Of a stretch of 64,000 nucleotides of DNA, positions 33,431 through 45,753 are shown piece after piece. The stretch's first letter is position 1. Each line of letters begins with the position of its first letter. This stretch comes from Daphnia carinata (taxonomy: Eukaryota). The stretch covers positions 9,176,001-9,240,000 of the forward strand of contig NC_081331.1 of NCBI RefSeq assembly GCF_022539665.2, in the 5' to 3' direction. Under the pieces are notes generated by a model. That model was not told the DNA's origin, ran no database searches, and saw nothing but the letters and a program-made list of their open reading frames with translations. The position numbers were made by a program, and so were the translations under genes.

Positions 33431-35362
33431 TTGTCACCAGTGAAAAGGAATGATATCAGCATGTTATTATTTTTTTTACTATCGTTTATTTTTTATTGGT
33501 GTTTTAATTTAATTTTTTTTTCTTTCTTTATTTTTTTGCTTGTGTGTATGTCATTTTTTATTTTGAATTTTCTTTTCATGGGGCGCAGGGGCGCCGTGAG
33601 CCGCCACGTCTTTTGGTAAAACACGACGATTCCTGAGCAGCTTTGGTCGCCCGGGCGTGTTTGTCGTTTTGTTTCATCTAATGAAACAAAACAAAAACGA
33701 AAACAAAAAATTAGTAATAATATTCTAAACGAAGGAAACACGTCGAAAATTGGTCGAATGAATAACCCAATATGAATTTGATTCGATATTTGTCTCACAT
33801 TTTTCCTTTTTGCACGTGTGTTCAAAATGGTCTGTTTGTATCGTATATTGATGTGCTCCTTTGTTTTGTTGTCTGTTTTATTTAAGTTTTGTTAATTGGG
33901 CTTCGACGCCCTGTGGTAAATCAGTCACAGCTTGGCGGCCACAACGACCAAGGTTATACTAGTCTAGTCACATCAACGCGGGGAAACCGAGCCGAGCAAG
34001 TCACAGCAAAGCTAATGCAATCTTTCGCGAACAAGCCGATTCGCCGTAGGCCATAACTTATATTTATCCTTAAACGAAAAAGAAAGAAAAAAAAACAAAG
34101 ATGCAATTTTTGCAATGATTGTAGAACATGCAAATCTCCTGTTCGTGTGAGTGGCAAAGCGTTTTTTTTTTCGTTAAAGCGATTTGCAAATCGTTAAGTC
34201 ATGGAAGTGTGACTTACAATGAGAGCTTTAAATCCATGTTTCTAACCCCTCTTGAAAAGAACAGCTTCCTAAAAGCTGGTTCTTGACTTATGGAGGTCTA
34301 CGTACGTCGCGTTCTCTTCAAATACTTCACAATTTAAAAAATGTAAACATTCGATCGTCAATGTTCTGTATAGCAATTATGGATCGTAATAGTGGCCATA
34401 GAGTACTTGTTCCTTTCAACGTTACCCTTTTAATTTGTCTCCTTGTTCAGAAAACATTTGAAGACAATGACCGTATTTATTATTTATGTGATGCTAATGG
34501 CACTCCCCCTCGGCGCCAGTCCTACAATTCGAAGTTTTAATTTAATTTTTGGGTTCATTTTTTTTCTATTCTCATTTTGGAATGTCTTTTTTTGTTTGTT
34601 TGTTCTGATTTTTTTTTCTGTTAAAATCTTCGTTTTTTTTTCTCGAGAATTCTACTTCTTTTCCTTTTGTGCTGCCCCTTTTGTTACATCGTTGCAAATA
34701 CATCTTGGTGTATTTTTGTTCTCGAATCGGCCATGAATTTGATTTATTGTTCTATGCCTTTGCCATGCATTTTCGAACCCACCCGATTCCAACGCGAAAC
34801 ATCAGTAGGTGGAGTCGTTTCTCGATCTATCGTTGGGGATTTTTTTTTAGAAGTGATCCTGATGTAGAACACTCATAGGAGCAAAGGGGTTGGATGGCGT
34901 CCGTGAACGCTCCCTAGTCCGCTGGCATTGCCATCCGTTAAGCGTGGTGTTTATTTTTAATCGCGGTATTTGCTCATTGTTATTGATCAGGTGTTGGGAC
35001 CGTTAATATCGAAATCAGATTCTAATGGAGGAGATGATGGAGCCTTGGTGTCGGCAACATCAACAGCAGGGACAACAACCGGGGGAATGAACGTTGGAGG
35101 ATTGGCCGTCACTCCCGTGTTGGCTCTGGGGCCTAACGGAACGCAGCAACACATTCTGCAGGTAATTGATGTTAATCAAACTCCTCGTACATCCACGATG
35201 TGGCTAACGGGCGACGGACGAAAGGTGACGGCCGCGCCCATGGTGACTTCACAGCTCCTAGGCGAAGTCGATTCCTCCATATTGGCATCAGCCATGCAAC
35301 AAGTGACGTCTGGCGACGTCGTCGATCTACAAGAAACGTCGCCCTCTTCCAATTCCGATTAG
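30585..35362 (+). CDS. ewg: Nuclear respiratory factor 1 / erect wing transcription factor (multi-exon)
   Basis: DDITAQLAAAG|PVGMAAAAAINSSKKRKRPHSFETNPSIRRRQQTRLLRKL, LPPLVIDGIPTPVEKMTQAQLRAFIPLML, WPGEVPWANVRMD, VSWTHALRQIVINCYKYHGREDLLP and VQTISNPDGTVSIIQ|VDP..ITLPDGTTAQV. The identity of the last exon (34991-35362) is less certain. Confidence 0.95.
31930..32076 (+). repeat. CAG/CAA polyglutamine tract in NRF1/ewg
   Basis: (CAG)n(CAA)n(CAG)n encoding a run of about 21 Q, plus a shorter Q-rich stretch upstream. Confidence 0.9.
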
Positions 35363-37285
35363 AAGGCACCTTTCCAAAAGCACTCTCACCCGTTTTTTTT
35401 TTGTTTTAAATCTTACTGCTGACCATGTATAGACCATTCACTTCTTGATATTGTATTATCGTTATCGTTTCATCTGTTTACGTAACTGGTGCATGTGTAT
35501 GTATGTCTTGAACTATTCGATTCTTATTAAACATTGGCCGGTGAGCTATCGCTTCTCATTTCCATAGCGAACAAAAAGAAACAAAAAACAAAAAAAAGAA
35601 AATACTGAGTTTAATATTTAGAATTTCTATAGTTCATGTTTTGCGGTGGTTAGCTTTTGCCGGATGTGGGTTAACGATTAGGTTTAGGGATGGATAGTGA
35701 CGTCGTCAGCGAGGAAAACAAATTCCAATTTCGTCATGTGTGAATGTTTGTTTGATTTGATTGACCGGAGATTGCTATCATTATTGTATGCAAAATAATT
35801 AGGCTCCTAAATCTCTTTGCTAACCTACTTAAAAGAGCTCAATTTGGGCGTGAAATCTTCCTCCCAAAAAAAAAAATTGACATACGAAGGTATTGTTTTC
35901 TAACCTGTAAATAATAGGCTATACTGTATTCGAATTCGATTCCCTTCCCCCTCCCCCTCCCCGGACGTTATAGTCACGATCTCTATCCATCTCTCTGTTG
36001 GTTTTATCGGCCATTTTTTGCCCATGTTGTGTTTTTATCTGTGTGTATACGGTTCGTGCTAATTTCACTTTATGCTCTTGCCTACATTCTATTTCGCTAT
36101 ATTTGGCTGGCATTCCTTTCGGTTTGCCGCCGATTTTTTGTTGTATCGAACAATCATCTTCCCCATCACCGAGCACCTATCAGCATACACCGTCAGTGTA
36201 ATACAAGTTGTTCATTAACATTTTAGCCAGCATCATTTAATTGCTTTTATAGCCTAATTTCTTTATATTTCTATAGGCCTGCGTTCGGTTGGATTCCTGT
36301 ATTATTGGCTAAAAAAGACGACCACTTAAAATTAGTCACCCTGTTAATGCCTTTCAGTGAGGTTTTATTGGTTTGCAACATTAGGACATGAAGGGGATTG
36401 CAATACCTAATGAGGATTCAAAATGAAGTGTACGAAATTCATTATCGCTCATTCATTTTGACAACTTTCGGATAGCGTTATTGAAATTCAAGGCCGTACT
36501 CAGTCAAATGTTGGGGAATGAAACAACTGAAGCTGAAATTTGTAGATTTAAGACTACTTCGCGGAAAGAGATAATGGGTTGAAATCGTCAAGTAATGTCA
36601 AAATCCAAATGTCGACGGTCCCAAAGAAGAAGGTAAAACATTTCCTTTTATCTTCTTGGCACTCACGATGAATTATTAGTTGCATAGTTGCGAGGTCTAG
36701 TCCTTTAGGACTAATTAAATTTTTGCTCAGCTTAATCAGCAAAATACGATCATCAGCACCAGTTTGTGTTTTCCAAATTCTACCTCTCACGTTGGATTTA
36801 TCATCATTCAATTAATTTTAGATCAAATCAATGGGTATTTGAAAACCAATTCATTTATTAATGTAAAATGTCGGGATTAACATTTTGATATGGTAGTGAC
36901 AAGTGAGAAAAATTTTGTCGCTCTTTTGCTATGCTGTCGTCCTCGGTTGAAACGTCCAATATTGTTTGGTTTAATTTATTTTTTGAGTACTTTTAATGTT
37001 TATAATTTTTATACCACATTGACGTACGCTAGGCTCCACCCCCCCCCCCCCCCCCAAGAAGTTTCTACCACGAAAAAGGAAATCCACTTCTTTATCGGAC
37101 TGACAAGTTTGTTGATCGATATGTAAACTCAGCATCGATCGACAGATTATTTTCGTTTTGCAATGTATTATCACAACGTTGTTAAAAACTTAAATTATTG
37201 TGAAGTTAAGTCCGCAGAGAAGGTACTGTTTATACATTAAGGTTCGCAAATTCTGCAGGAAACGACTACAAACAAGAAATACGAA

Positions 37286-39541
37286 ATGGCCGTCCAGGCA
37301 ATCACAGCCGATGCCCGAGATGTAGCTGTCTGGAGTGAAATCTGCGAGAGGCAGTAAGTACCTATCAAAATATGTCATAATTAACTCTTTAATAATAGTG
37401 CTCTGTTACGCTATCTCAGGGCTAGGTCAGCTGCATTTGAATTAGCGCGACACATTCATGCCCATTTTAGCAGTGAAGCTCAACTGATTGCAGATTCAGC
37501 TCTAATATCCCTTTACCAAGATTGTGCTCAACGGTTTGTGGACCTCTTTGTTCGAAGCTATGATGTGGAACTAAAAAAGTTATCTGGCATAGTGGTGAAT
37601 TCATGTGACTTTGTCAAATATGGGAAAACCAATGGGATCACACATTTCCCAAGTTCGGCTTCCAATTTGAGACCAGGCAGTGTTCCGAGAACTGTGCAAG
37701 ACTGTAGTGATTATTCTGATACCGAAAGAGATATTTCCTCGACCTCTTACCCTTCTGTCAAACCTAGACAAACAGGGCCAAAGCCGTTCTTCAGACGTTT
37801 TTCTTTAAAAGGTTTTCGGAAAGGCAAAGGATTGTTCCACAAGCAACATTCAGATGAAGTTGAACTCTCAGGCTCAGCAGTTGCTAGTCATACTCCTTCC
37901 TCATCTAAGCCTGAGCATCCTGGCCTTTTCTTACGTGGCAAAATTCGCATGTCAAAGTTAGTGGTAGAGTCCTTGTTTGAAGGCACGGTCAACTATTTGA
38001 CAAGTGAAAGCCTTGATGGTACTCCAAAATGGGAACGTTGCCGTCTTTGCTTGGTGAAAACCGTTGGTGGCTATATGTTGGAGTTTTTCTCTCCCCCCAA
38101 AGCCAGTCAACCAAAATGTGGAGTGTTTTGTTTCTTGATAACTGAGGCAAGAGAAACAACAGCGCTTGAAATGCCAGATAAAGAGAACACTTTTGTTCTA
38201 AAGGTAGTAACAACAATTAGAAATTTTTACATATAAATGAAATGTCAGTTAATCTTGAAGACCTTCATATCCATTTCATTTAGGCTGCCAATAATCTCGA
38301 GTATGTCATTGAAGCTGCATCCAGTGAGGACATGCATAAATGGTTGCATTCGATACGCTTATCTGGAGCACGTTGCATAAACACAACTAATGGGTAATGA
38401 TAAATTCGTCATCAGCTAAGCACATAATATCCTAACGTAGCGTTGGTGAGCAACTTTAAGGTCATCAACCGAAAGTACATCAGTGCACCGAGGAGAAATC
38501 GAGTCAAACGGTAATCCAAATGAAAATTCATCGGTGTCCGTCAGTGCAATTCAACCCACCGATTTCATTGGTTCACGAACCCTATCCCTGAGGGGATCTC
38601 GTTCGCTGCTACCCGTTTCACCCAGTCTTGAGGATCTTGAGTTAGGCAGTAGTCGACATGATCAGGAACACGGTAACTTATTTCGCTTATATCATTATGG
38701 ATGTTAAGCAATCTAAATGATTGTTGATGAAACTAAATGGTACTACTAATGACTTAAAATCAGATTATGTTCTAGACTTGTATGGAACGTTGAGGCACTA
38801 TCCTTGGTTTCACGGAACGCTAAGTCGTTCTGATGCCGCTGGATTAGTTCTCCAGGAAGGAGCAGTGGGACATGGGGTTTTCCTTGTCCGCCAAAGTGAA
38901 ACGCGTAAAGGCGAATTCGTACTCACTTTCAATTTCCAAGGCCGTGCCAAAGTAAATTGCAGTTGATTATACTGACTGTCATCCGCAATTGCTAATCATT
39001 TTCTTACCTCTGTTACAGCATCTACGACTTACAATTAGCAGTGAGGGACAGTGTCGAGTCCAACATCTTTGGTTTCAGTCCGTTTTTGACATGTTGGAGC
39101 ATTTCCGTTCGCATCCGATCCCTCTTGAATCGGGAGGCTCCTCTGATGTTACGCTTACTCAGTATGTAGTGGCCGAATCCGCCTTTCAGGTAATTTGCTT
39201 TCCCATTCTATCATTGTCAATGATTGTCAACATTAAGCTGTTCAAATAGGCAATGACTGTATCGTCGTCTACCCGCAATGGGCTGAGCAACTTAGATAGG
39301 AGAGTTGCAACGCCGCCTCTAATTCGAGAGGTGCGTCCAACATAAAATAATTTTAATTAGTTGACTGACCATTATTAAGCGAGATGTTGACGTAATCTCG
39401 TTTTCATAGGTAATTATGAGAGGAGAATCGGTCCGTCGACGCATTGAGTCAATGGAGCAGCTACCCTCTTTAAATCATCAAAATAACGGAGGAAATTCGG
39501 GATCCAGCCGTGCAATCGAGAACGCCTATAGTTTCACATAG
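37286..39541 (+). CDS. Lnk: SH2B/Lnk adaptor (dimerisation, PH and SH2 domains)
   Basis: [18 protein letters not shown] (Phe-zipper region), [41 protein letters not shown] (PH), [42 protein letters not shown] (SH2), and C-terminal [10 protein letters not shown]. Confidence 0.95.
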
Positions 39542-41083
39542 AAATGTTCGGCAAAAAAAAAACCCAAAAAAAAAGAAAACAAAAAAAAAAATTAACGAAT
39601 TATGCGTCGCCTCAGCGCCTCCAGTCATAAGACAAATTTGTCTCTTTACGTTTCTGTTGATCATTTCGTGCATCTGCATTGATTGTCTTCCCTATTTGAA
39701 GGTTTGGAAATTACAAAATCTTCGTCCGATTTACAATCAGCTGCTCGTCTTGGCGAAAAACCCAGGGTTTTATCGACCGTTTGTTAGGTTTCTTGTCCAT
39801 CAGCATGTGCGGATCCCAAAAATCTTTCCCTCCGGTTATTTTTTCCAATCCCAGCTTCTTCCCACGCTGCCTGGTAGGTCACATGTCTAAATACAAAGTT
39901 AAATAATGGCCATCAATCGGTTTGATGCTGTATTGCCACGAACAAGCAGCACTGCTCAGGCATAGTCAATTTAATTTCACGAAATATAAGCCTCCATCAT
40001 CCGGAGTAATAATGTAGGAAGAAAGCTGCAGCATAGCTCAATTCTAAATGTCTATGTAAATTCAACAAACGTTTGATTACCAGCCGTCTTCTGCTTTAGT
40101 TTGTAATTGTTTATACAGACACTTTCTCTATATTATTTTCACTCGCTTTACGATGAAGAGGGGTATCTTTTATTGGCCATTGACGGGCTAGACGAAGACA
40201 TAGACATTTTATTCGTGGCGCGGTCAAGAATCACAATCGGTAGGGAGAAGGGGAACCAATACTTTCATTGGGAGTTTGGTATCCTCACGGTTACGTATGA
40301 TGTTTTCTCAAATGGTCAACGGCTGCAGTATACCAGGAAGTCGAGACTAAAATAAATTTTAAAGAAATGTATTTAAAGCACCCGCAGATTGTTGGGTCCA
40401 TATTGGGTGACATATTCCAAGGGAAGTGGTACAGTACGTAAGTTCATATGGCAATGCAAAAGTTATGTAAGAAACCCTTGATGATCTTCGCCACCGTTAA
40501 CATTTGTGTCATCGGAACGGCGCCTGTTGGAGACACACAAGTCGAAAACTTCTTGGCTTTTATATGCCTGCACCCAAAACTGATAAATATAGTGCGACTC
40601 CATAGTTCGTTAGACTACTACTACGTTGCAAGGAGCTCGTGACATGTGAAACAATATCGGCTTAAAATATGTAATTAGTCGCTTTGCAATTGTAAATGTT
40701 GTCAAAATGAGCTTTACTTAACTTTAACATTTTGTATTTAAACTGAGAGAACACAATACAATACAAAGTGAAAGAGAAATTACGGCTTTATTTAACTTAC
40801 TAAATAATTGTAGAGAGAATCAAAGAATTTAGGGAGGATTCGGGGAGAACTAGAGAGATATGGTTTTTATACCATCATTACGAAATTTACGCGCATTCTC
40901 TAGGGTAGCATGAATTCTCGGGCTAAATGTTACACAATATTTTTGTTAAATTATCCGCGCGCGTTACAGCATTTTTCGCGGAAAGCTGTACCATGCGCAA
41001 TTACAACGTCAAATGTAGCGTCACTTAGAAGAGATAACATTTCGCCATCGACAGGCTTCTTTAAGACAGGCGACCCGACTGTA

Positions 41084-41347
41084 TTAATTTCTTTTTGTAG
41101 TCACGCTGGCAACAGCATCACTTGACGAACCTTTATAGTGCTCTGATTCAGGATTTCTAAAGCACTTTCGTGCGATGTGTCCTGATTTCTTGCAGTAGAA
41201 ACAATGTGGTTTACCACTTAACGTGCGTCCTTTGGGTCTGAATGGCCCTCTTGGTTTTACTTGCTCGTTTTTCCCCTTTGTAATCAATTTCTCACAAGTA
41301 TCTTGAATTAATTCGCGCATCATCTTCATAAAATCTGCTTGCTGAGG
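41084..41347 (-). mobile_element. Degenerate Ty3/Gypsy-like gag fragment (zinc knuckle)
   Basis: RTLSGKPHCFYCKKSGHIARKC, similar to RTVDGKPICYRCGRSGHIARFC of the 8378 gag. It is truncated at the adjacent fold-back element. Confidence 0.75.
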
Positions 41348-41487
41348 ATGGAGTGTCCCTACCCGCGGCTTAGCCTTAAGATATGGGTGTGGCAAAAAAA
41401 AAATTCACCTGAATTTTTTTACCTTACTATTTCTCCCACCTTTGCACCCCATATCCTAAGGCTAAGCAGCGGGTAGGGACACTCCAT
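41348..41487. mobile_element. 140-bp fold-back / MITE-like element
   Basis: 40-bp inverted arms 41348-41387 and 41448-41487 (38/40 complementary), plus an inner hairpin AAAAAAATTC-ACCT-GAATTTTTTT. Confidence 0.7.
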
Positions 41488-43111
41488 GCGTGCGATTTTA
41501 GGTGTGATCCAATATTTTATGTCTATGATTTATTTCATAGAATCCTGAATGGATTTTACATAAAAAAATTGGAGATAAAGAGCATTCCTTTATCTTTCGA
41601 ATGGAAAAAAACCGATAATTTTGCGTCCAATATTTCTATACGAAAAAAATTCCGGCGTGAGACACCGTAGGGCCTATCCTACGCGTGTTAAAACAGCAAA
41701 ATTGGACGGGGGTGTTCCAATTCTTCTGGTGGGTACTGTCTAACGTCTAGATTTTATCATAAGAGATAATGGCGCCATTTTGAATAGTAACACTCTCCAA
41801 ATTCTTTTTAACACTAAAAAAAGCAGTGTTATCCGGCGCAGCTATCTTTGTAATGAATATATAGCATTCATAATAGACAAAACCTACTTTACAAGTGCTG
41901 CTTAGCCTACCTCCCAAAACACCCTGTCGCCTCGTTCATAAAAATATTTATAAAACAGCTCTACGTTTTTGTGAATCTATGATACAACTGGGAAAACCTT
42001 TTTTGGCTGTCCATCAGTTACATTTAAACGAATCAAAGCCCACCTGGACCGCCAACCATTCAATTTCATATTACTCAAAGACCATTACCCCTAACATCTA
42101 TTGACGACAGGTAACAGGTGACGGTAAGAGCTCAAGCCCACAAAGCTCTTCAGATGTCCGTATGATAAAGAAATTCAACGGATGAGGCACCGCTGCCGCA
42201 AAGTCCAATGAAAATAGGTCGTCACAATCGCATCTGATGATTTCCTTACTGAGGGTTGGCTGTGGCTTCTGCCATGCTAAGAACACACGTTTTCAACCTG
42301 TACACATATCGAAGCCATTTCTCCTATTTATGCCTTTCAATTTTCGTTTTTTTTTTCTCAAGAAGCTTGAAAAACAATAATTGTCAACATTAATTCAACA
42401 TTAATTTTTTAAATAACACAATTGGAATATTTGTATTCGAAACGTGACTTACAGTAAAAAAACAATCACATTCCGATATTCATAACATCCATGCGTGAGG
42501 CAAAAGGGACAGTGATTTGCTTCAAATATAACATTTTCGTGCTACATCATGAACGAAATTGTTGCGAGTACTTAGAAGATATTTATATTATAATAATTAG
42601 ATTCCTGAAATACAATAACAGAAACAAATTATCCCATTTTACAGAGAGGATAAATAATAACTAGGTCTTTATTCAAAATGGTTATATTTGCTTGTTGGAT
42701 TCTAGCGGCCTATTTTAACTACTCAAGCACTGTTACAATTGAACTTTTTGAGATGCTTTTTTTTTCACGTCTTACATCGTATTCAATATTACACAATCCC
42801 ATAAGCAAAAAAAATTTTGTATCCGAAATTATTAACTACCAAATTACATATCTCTTGTATGCCAAATTCGGCCCCTTTTTTCCGGAGAAATTAAGTTAAT
42901 AAAATAATTATCGAGCCGGTCAACTCTTCCAATTTTCCCACCCTCACTACTCTCTAGTCTAAAATTGTGGGCGGCAAGTAGCATCTAGCAGTATTATGTA
43001 GTAGCATTGAATTATTTTTTTATCTTTGGAAGCGACGAGTTTACAGCCACTAATAAAACTGTTTGTCGCTACTTACAACGTATTTACAAATCTCTAGCTA
43101 CTTTAAAACAA

Positions 43112-45753
43112 TCATGTGTTATTAGCAATATCTTGGTGGTCTTGCGAAGTCGGCGGTGATTCAACTCTAGTCGGCTCTGCGTGACAGTGGACGCAATGAA
43201 GGCATATAGCGCAGTGGCCTATCTTTTTTGCCAGTACAGATCTGAGCTTCAGTGCTGGGCCGAGTTTCATGTTCATGCTTGTAATTAGGTGTTCTTCGGT
43301 TAACAAGGGAAGAATACTACCATCGATTGATTGGTCTTCAAATTCCTAAAAACAGAAATTCGAAAAAGTTAACACATTTTTTTTTTCAAGTATTCTAAGT
43401 TTTTGTTATCAGTTTTATGAGCAGAATGGAGATAATGGTGAAATGGTATCTTGTGTGCATGGATTAGAAGATAAGAGAAACTGCTTGCGTTCGTTTGATA
43501 TTGACACGTTGTTTAATGCAAACATAAATAATAATGTTGCAGTATTTTTCCTCAATTGAAAAAAAATTTCATTTGTTGTCAATCTGTTTTTCGATTTTAA
43601 TGCCAGATCTCAAATTTAAAAAAATCATGGCACGCGACCTCCGCCGTTCTGTTTTTTAAATTTTTTCGCATTTATCACCATGCGATTTTTCTTCTATGTG
43701 ATCATCGAGATCATAGGAAATGTAGAGCGCATAAACCGGATAAAGCATCCAAAAGATGGGCAAACCAGTACTCAATAATCTAAAGCATCGAAAATCATGT
43801 GCTAACCTGGGCGTATTCACAGCAGAGATCGATGCTTTTGATGAAATCCACCACGTGACTGATTGACCACTCACGGACTTCTGCTGCGGTCGCGTTACAA
43901 GAATGGGCGGAACAGCCCAAGCTACGGTTTGAGGGAAGTTGTGCTACTGCTATTTTGTTCTGAATGGGTACTTTTTTTTCTCCGTAAGCATTAATGGTGT
44001 CTGATGCGAAGCGTGATGATGGTGACTTCCTGCCAATAGAAGAGAACTGTCTCCCGGGAACGTTATTCAAGTCCATAGCAGGCGACCTAGATGAAGAACG
44101 TTGGGACAATTGACTACGGCTCAGTGATTCGAGTTGTGAATCCCTGTTTGGCCGCTTGGCCATAGAAGCGCTGAGATCCAATGGAATGTGAGACGCCACT
44201 GCAACCGTTTCAGCTGGCCGTTTCAACGAGGCTATGCCAGTTCGTGTTGCCGTGTCGCCAACGTATGGATCTATACGCGGCGAACCACGAGCAGCAGCCG
44301 AACGGACAATGCTGAGCAGCGCTTGAGTTGAACTCATGTCCATGGCAGGGCCCGAATGGAAGCCAGGTGGCAGTGCTTGACGAATATTGTTGTCTTGACC
44401 CAATCCATATAAAGGCAGCATTGGAATTGCAGGAAATTCTTTCCTTTCTTTCTTGCCGGGTTCTCCCACTGCAGATGTCATTTCGTAGTGTTTACTAGCA
44501 GCAAGCGCATGAGACGTGAACGTACTCAACGGAAGGTTAAAGAGGGAGAAGGGAGCTGACTGTAAGGATGCTTCGCCTGGAATCAAGTCCTTATACGATG
44601 CACGCGAATCTAATAGCGAAATGAAACTGTTGGTTTCCTGCGATCGGTAGTCATTGGGATTTGAATTGTTGTATTTCGCTGCCAAACTGCGCATGAAATC
44701 GCTGCAGTTCCGCGACATTTCCAGTCCTTTCGACATGGATTTATTGTTGGGTGCGTTGTAGTTGGGCGGGCTGAATCGTTCCACTGTGGAGTAACACGAG
44801 TCACTTGCCGTTTCTCCAGCTGGCGGTGTAGCGGGTCGAAAGGAGCCAGAAATGGGACTGTATGGTGAAACGGTTGGCGAAGAACCTGTTCCAGCCTCTG
44901 CGCCGGGACTGCAACGTTCGTGTTTTACACTGACAGACGAACCATTCTTGCGTACAATTTTCTTCCGGCGAGCTTTGTTTGGCAACGGAGCTTTAACGCC
45001 CGTGTCAGGAATGCCATTTTCTTTCTTCGGTCGACTATCTGAAACAAGAAGAGAGACGTTATTGGACGCCGGAATGAGATGAGTCTTTCCTACAGTTGAT
45101 ATTAATGCATGTAATCGCAAGGCAGCTGAACAACAGAAGAGAGTAAAGAGTACATCAAAGTAGGCCAACTATCGAAATGTATTACAAGAAGAACCCCTGT
45201 TTCCGTAATAAAAAAAAAATGTACATTCTTTGACCGAGTTCTGGTTTGACCGTCTAGTCCTAAGATAAACACAGTCCAAGGCAATCAGAGTTGGTTGATC
45301 ACTGAAACATGAACATTTTTAAGTTTGTGGGTGTATCATAAATATCTTCCACGGATTTTTTTATTACTCTGCTGATCTTTTATCCGGCATTATCCACTAG
45401 CATATTACGCGGAGAAAATTTTAAAAAAGCGGAAGGAATCAATGTGGCGGGAACTGACAAAGGACTTGCGGCGTGGTGGTCAAATTTGTATAGAAACAAT
45501 AAGCAATGTCCGGTGGCAGCACGACCGAATTGCTTCATTTTTTTTTAAATTACGACATTCAAGACGCACAGAACGTCACAAATTTTGCTTTAAGATTGAA
45601 CTGTCAAGTTCAGCGGTACAAACTGGCAGTTGAAAATGTAAGCCGTGTCAAATTTGACGAACAAAACATAAAAAAATTAAATTAAATAGGTAGGAACTTA
45701 CTGTAACACCATTTCGGCCATACGACAGGGCTGTCAGTTTCCAGATTCGCCAT
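43112..45753 (-). CDS. SAM-domain protein, Samuel/Moses (SAMD7/11-like) corepressor type, 3 coding exons
   Basis: DFMRSLAAKY motif, PLDLS CtBP-binding motif (~44170-44184), and SAM domain WSISHVVDFIKSIDLCCEYAQ|EFEDQSIDGSILPLLTEEHLITSMNMKLGPALKLRS followed by CxxCxHCxHCH. A first exon MANLETDSPVVWPKWCY (45753-45702) splices in frame. Confidence 0.8.

Noticed and set aside
40640..41020. Possible LTR remnant beside the gag fragment
   Set aside because: No second copy, PBS or TSD could be established.
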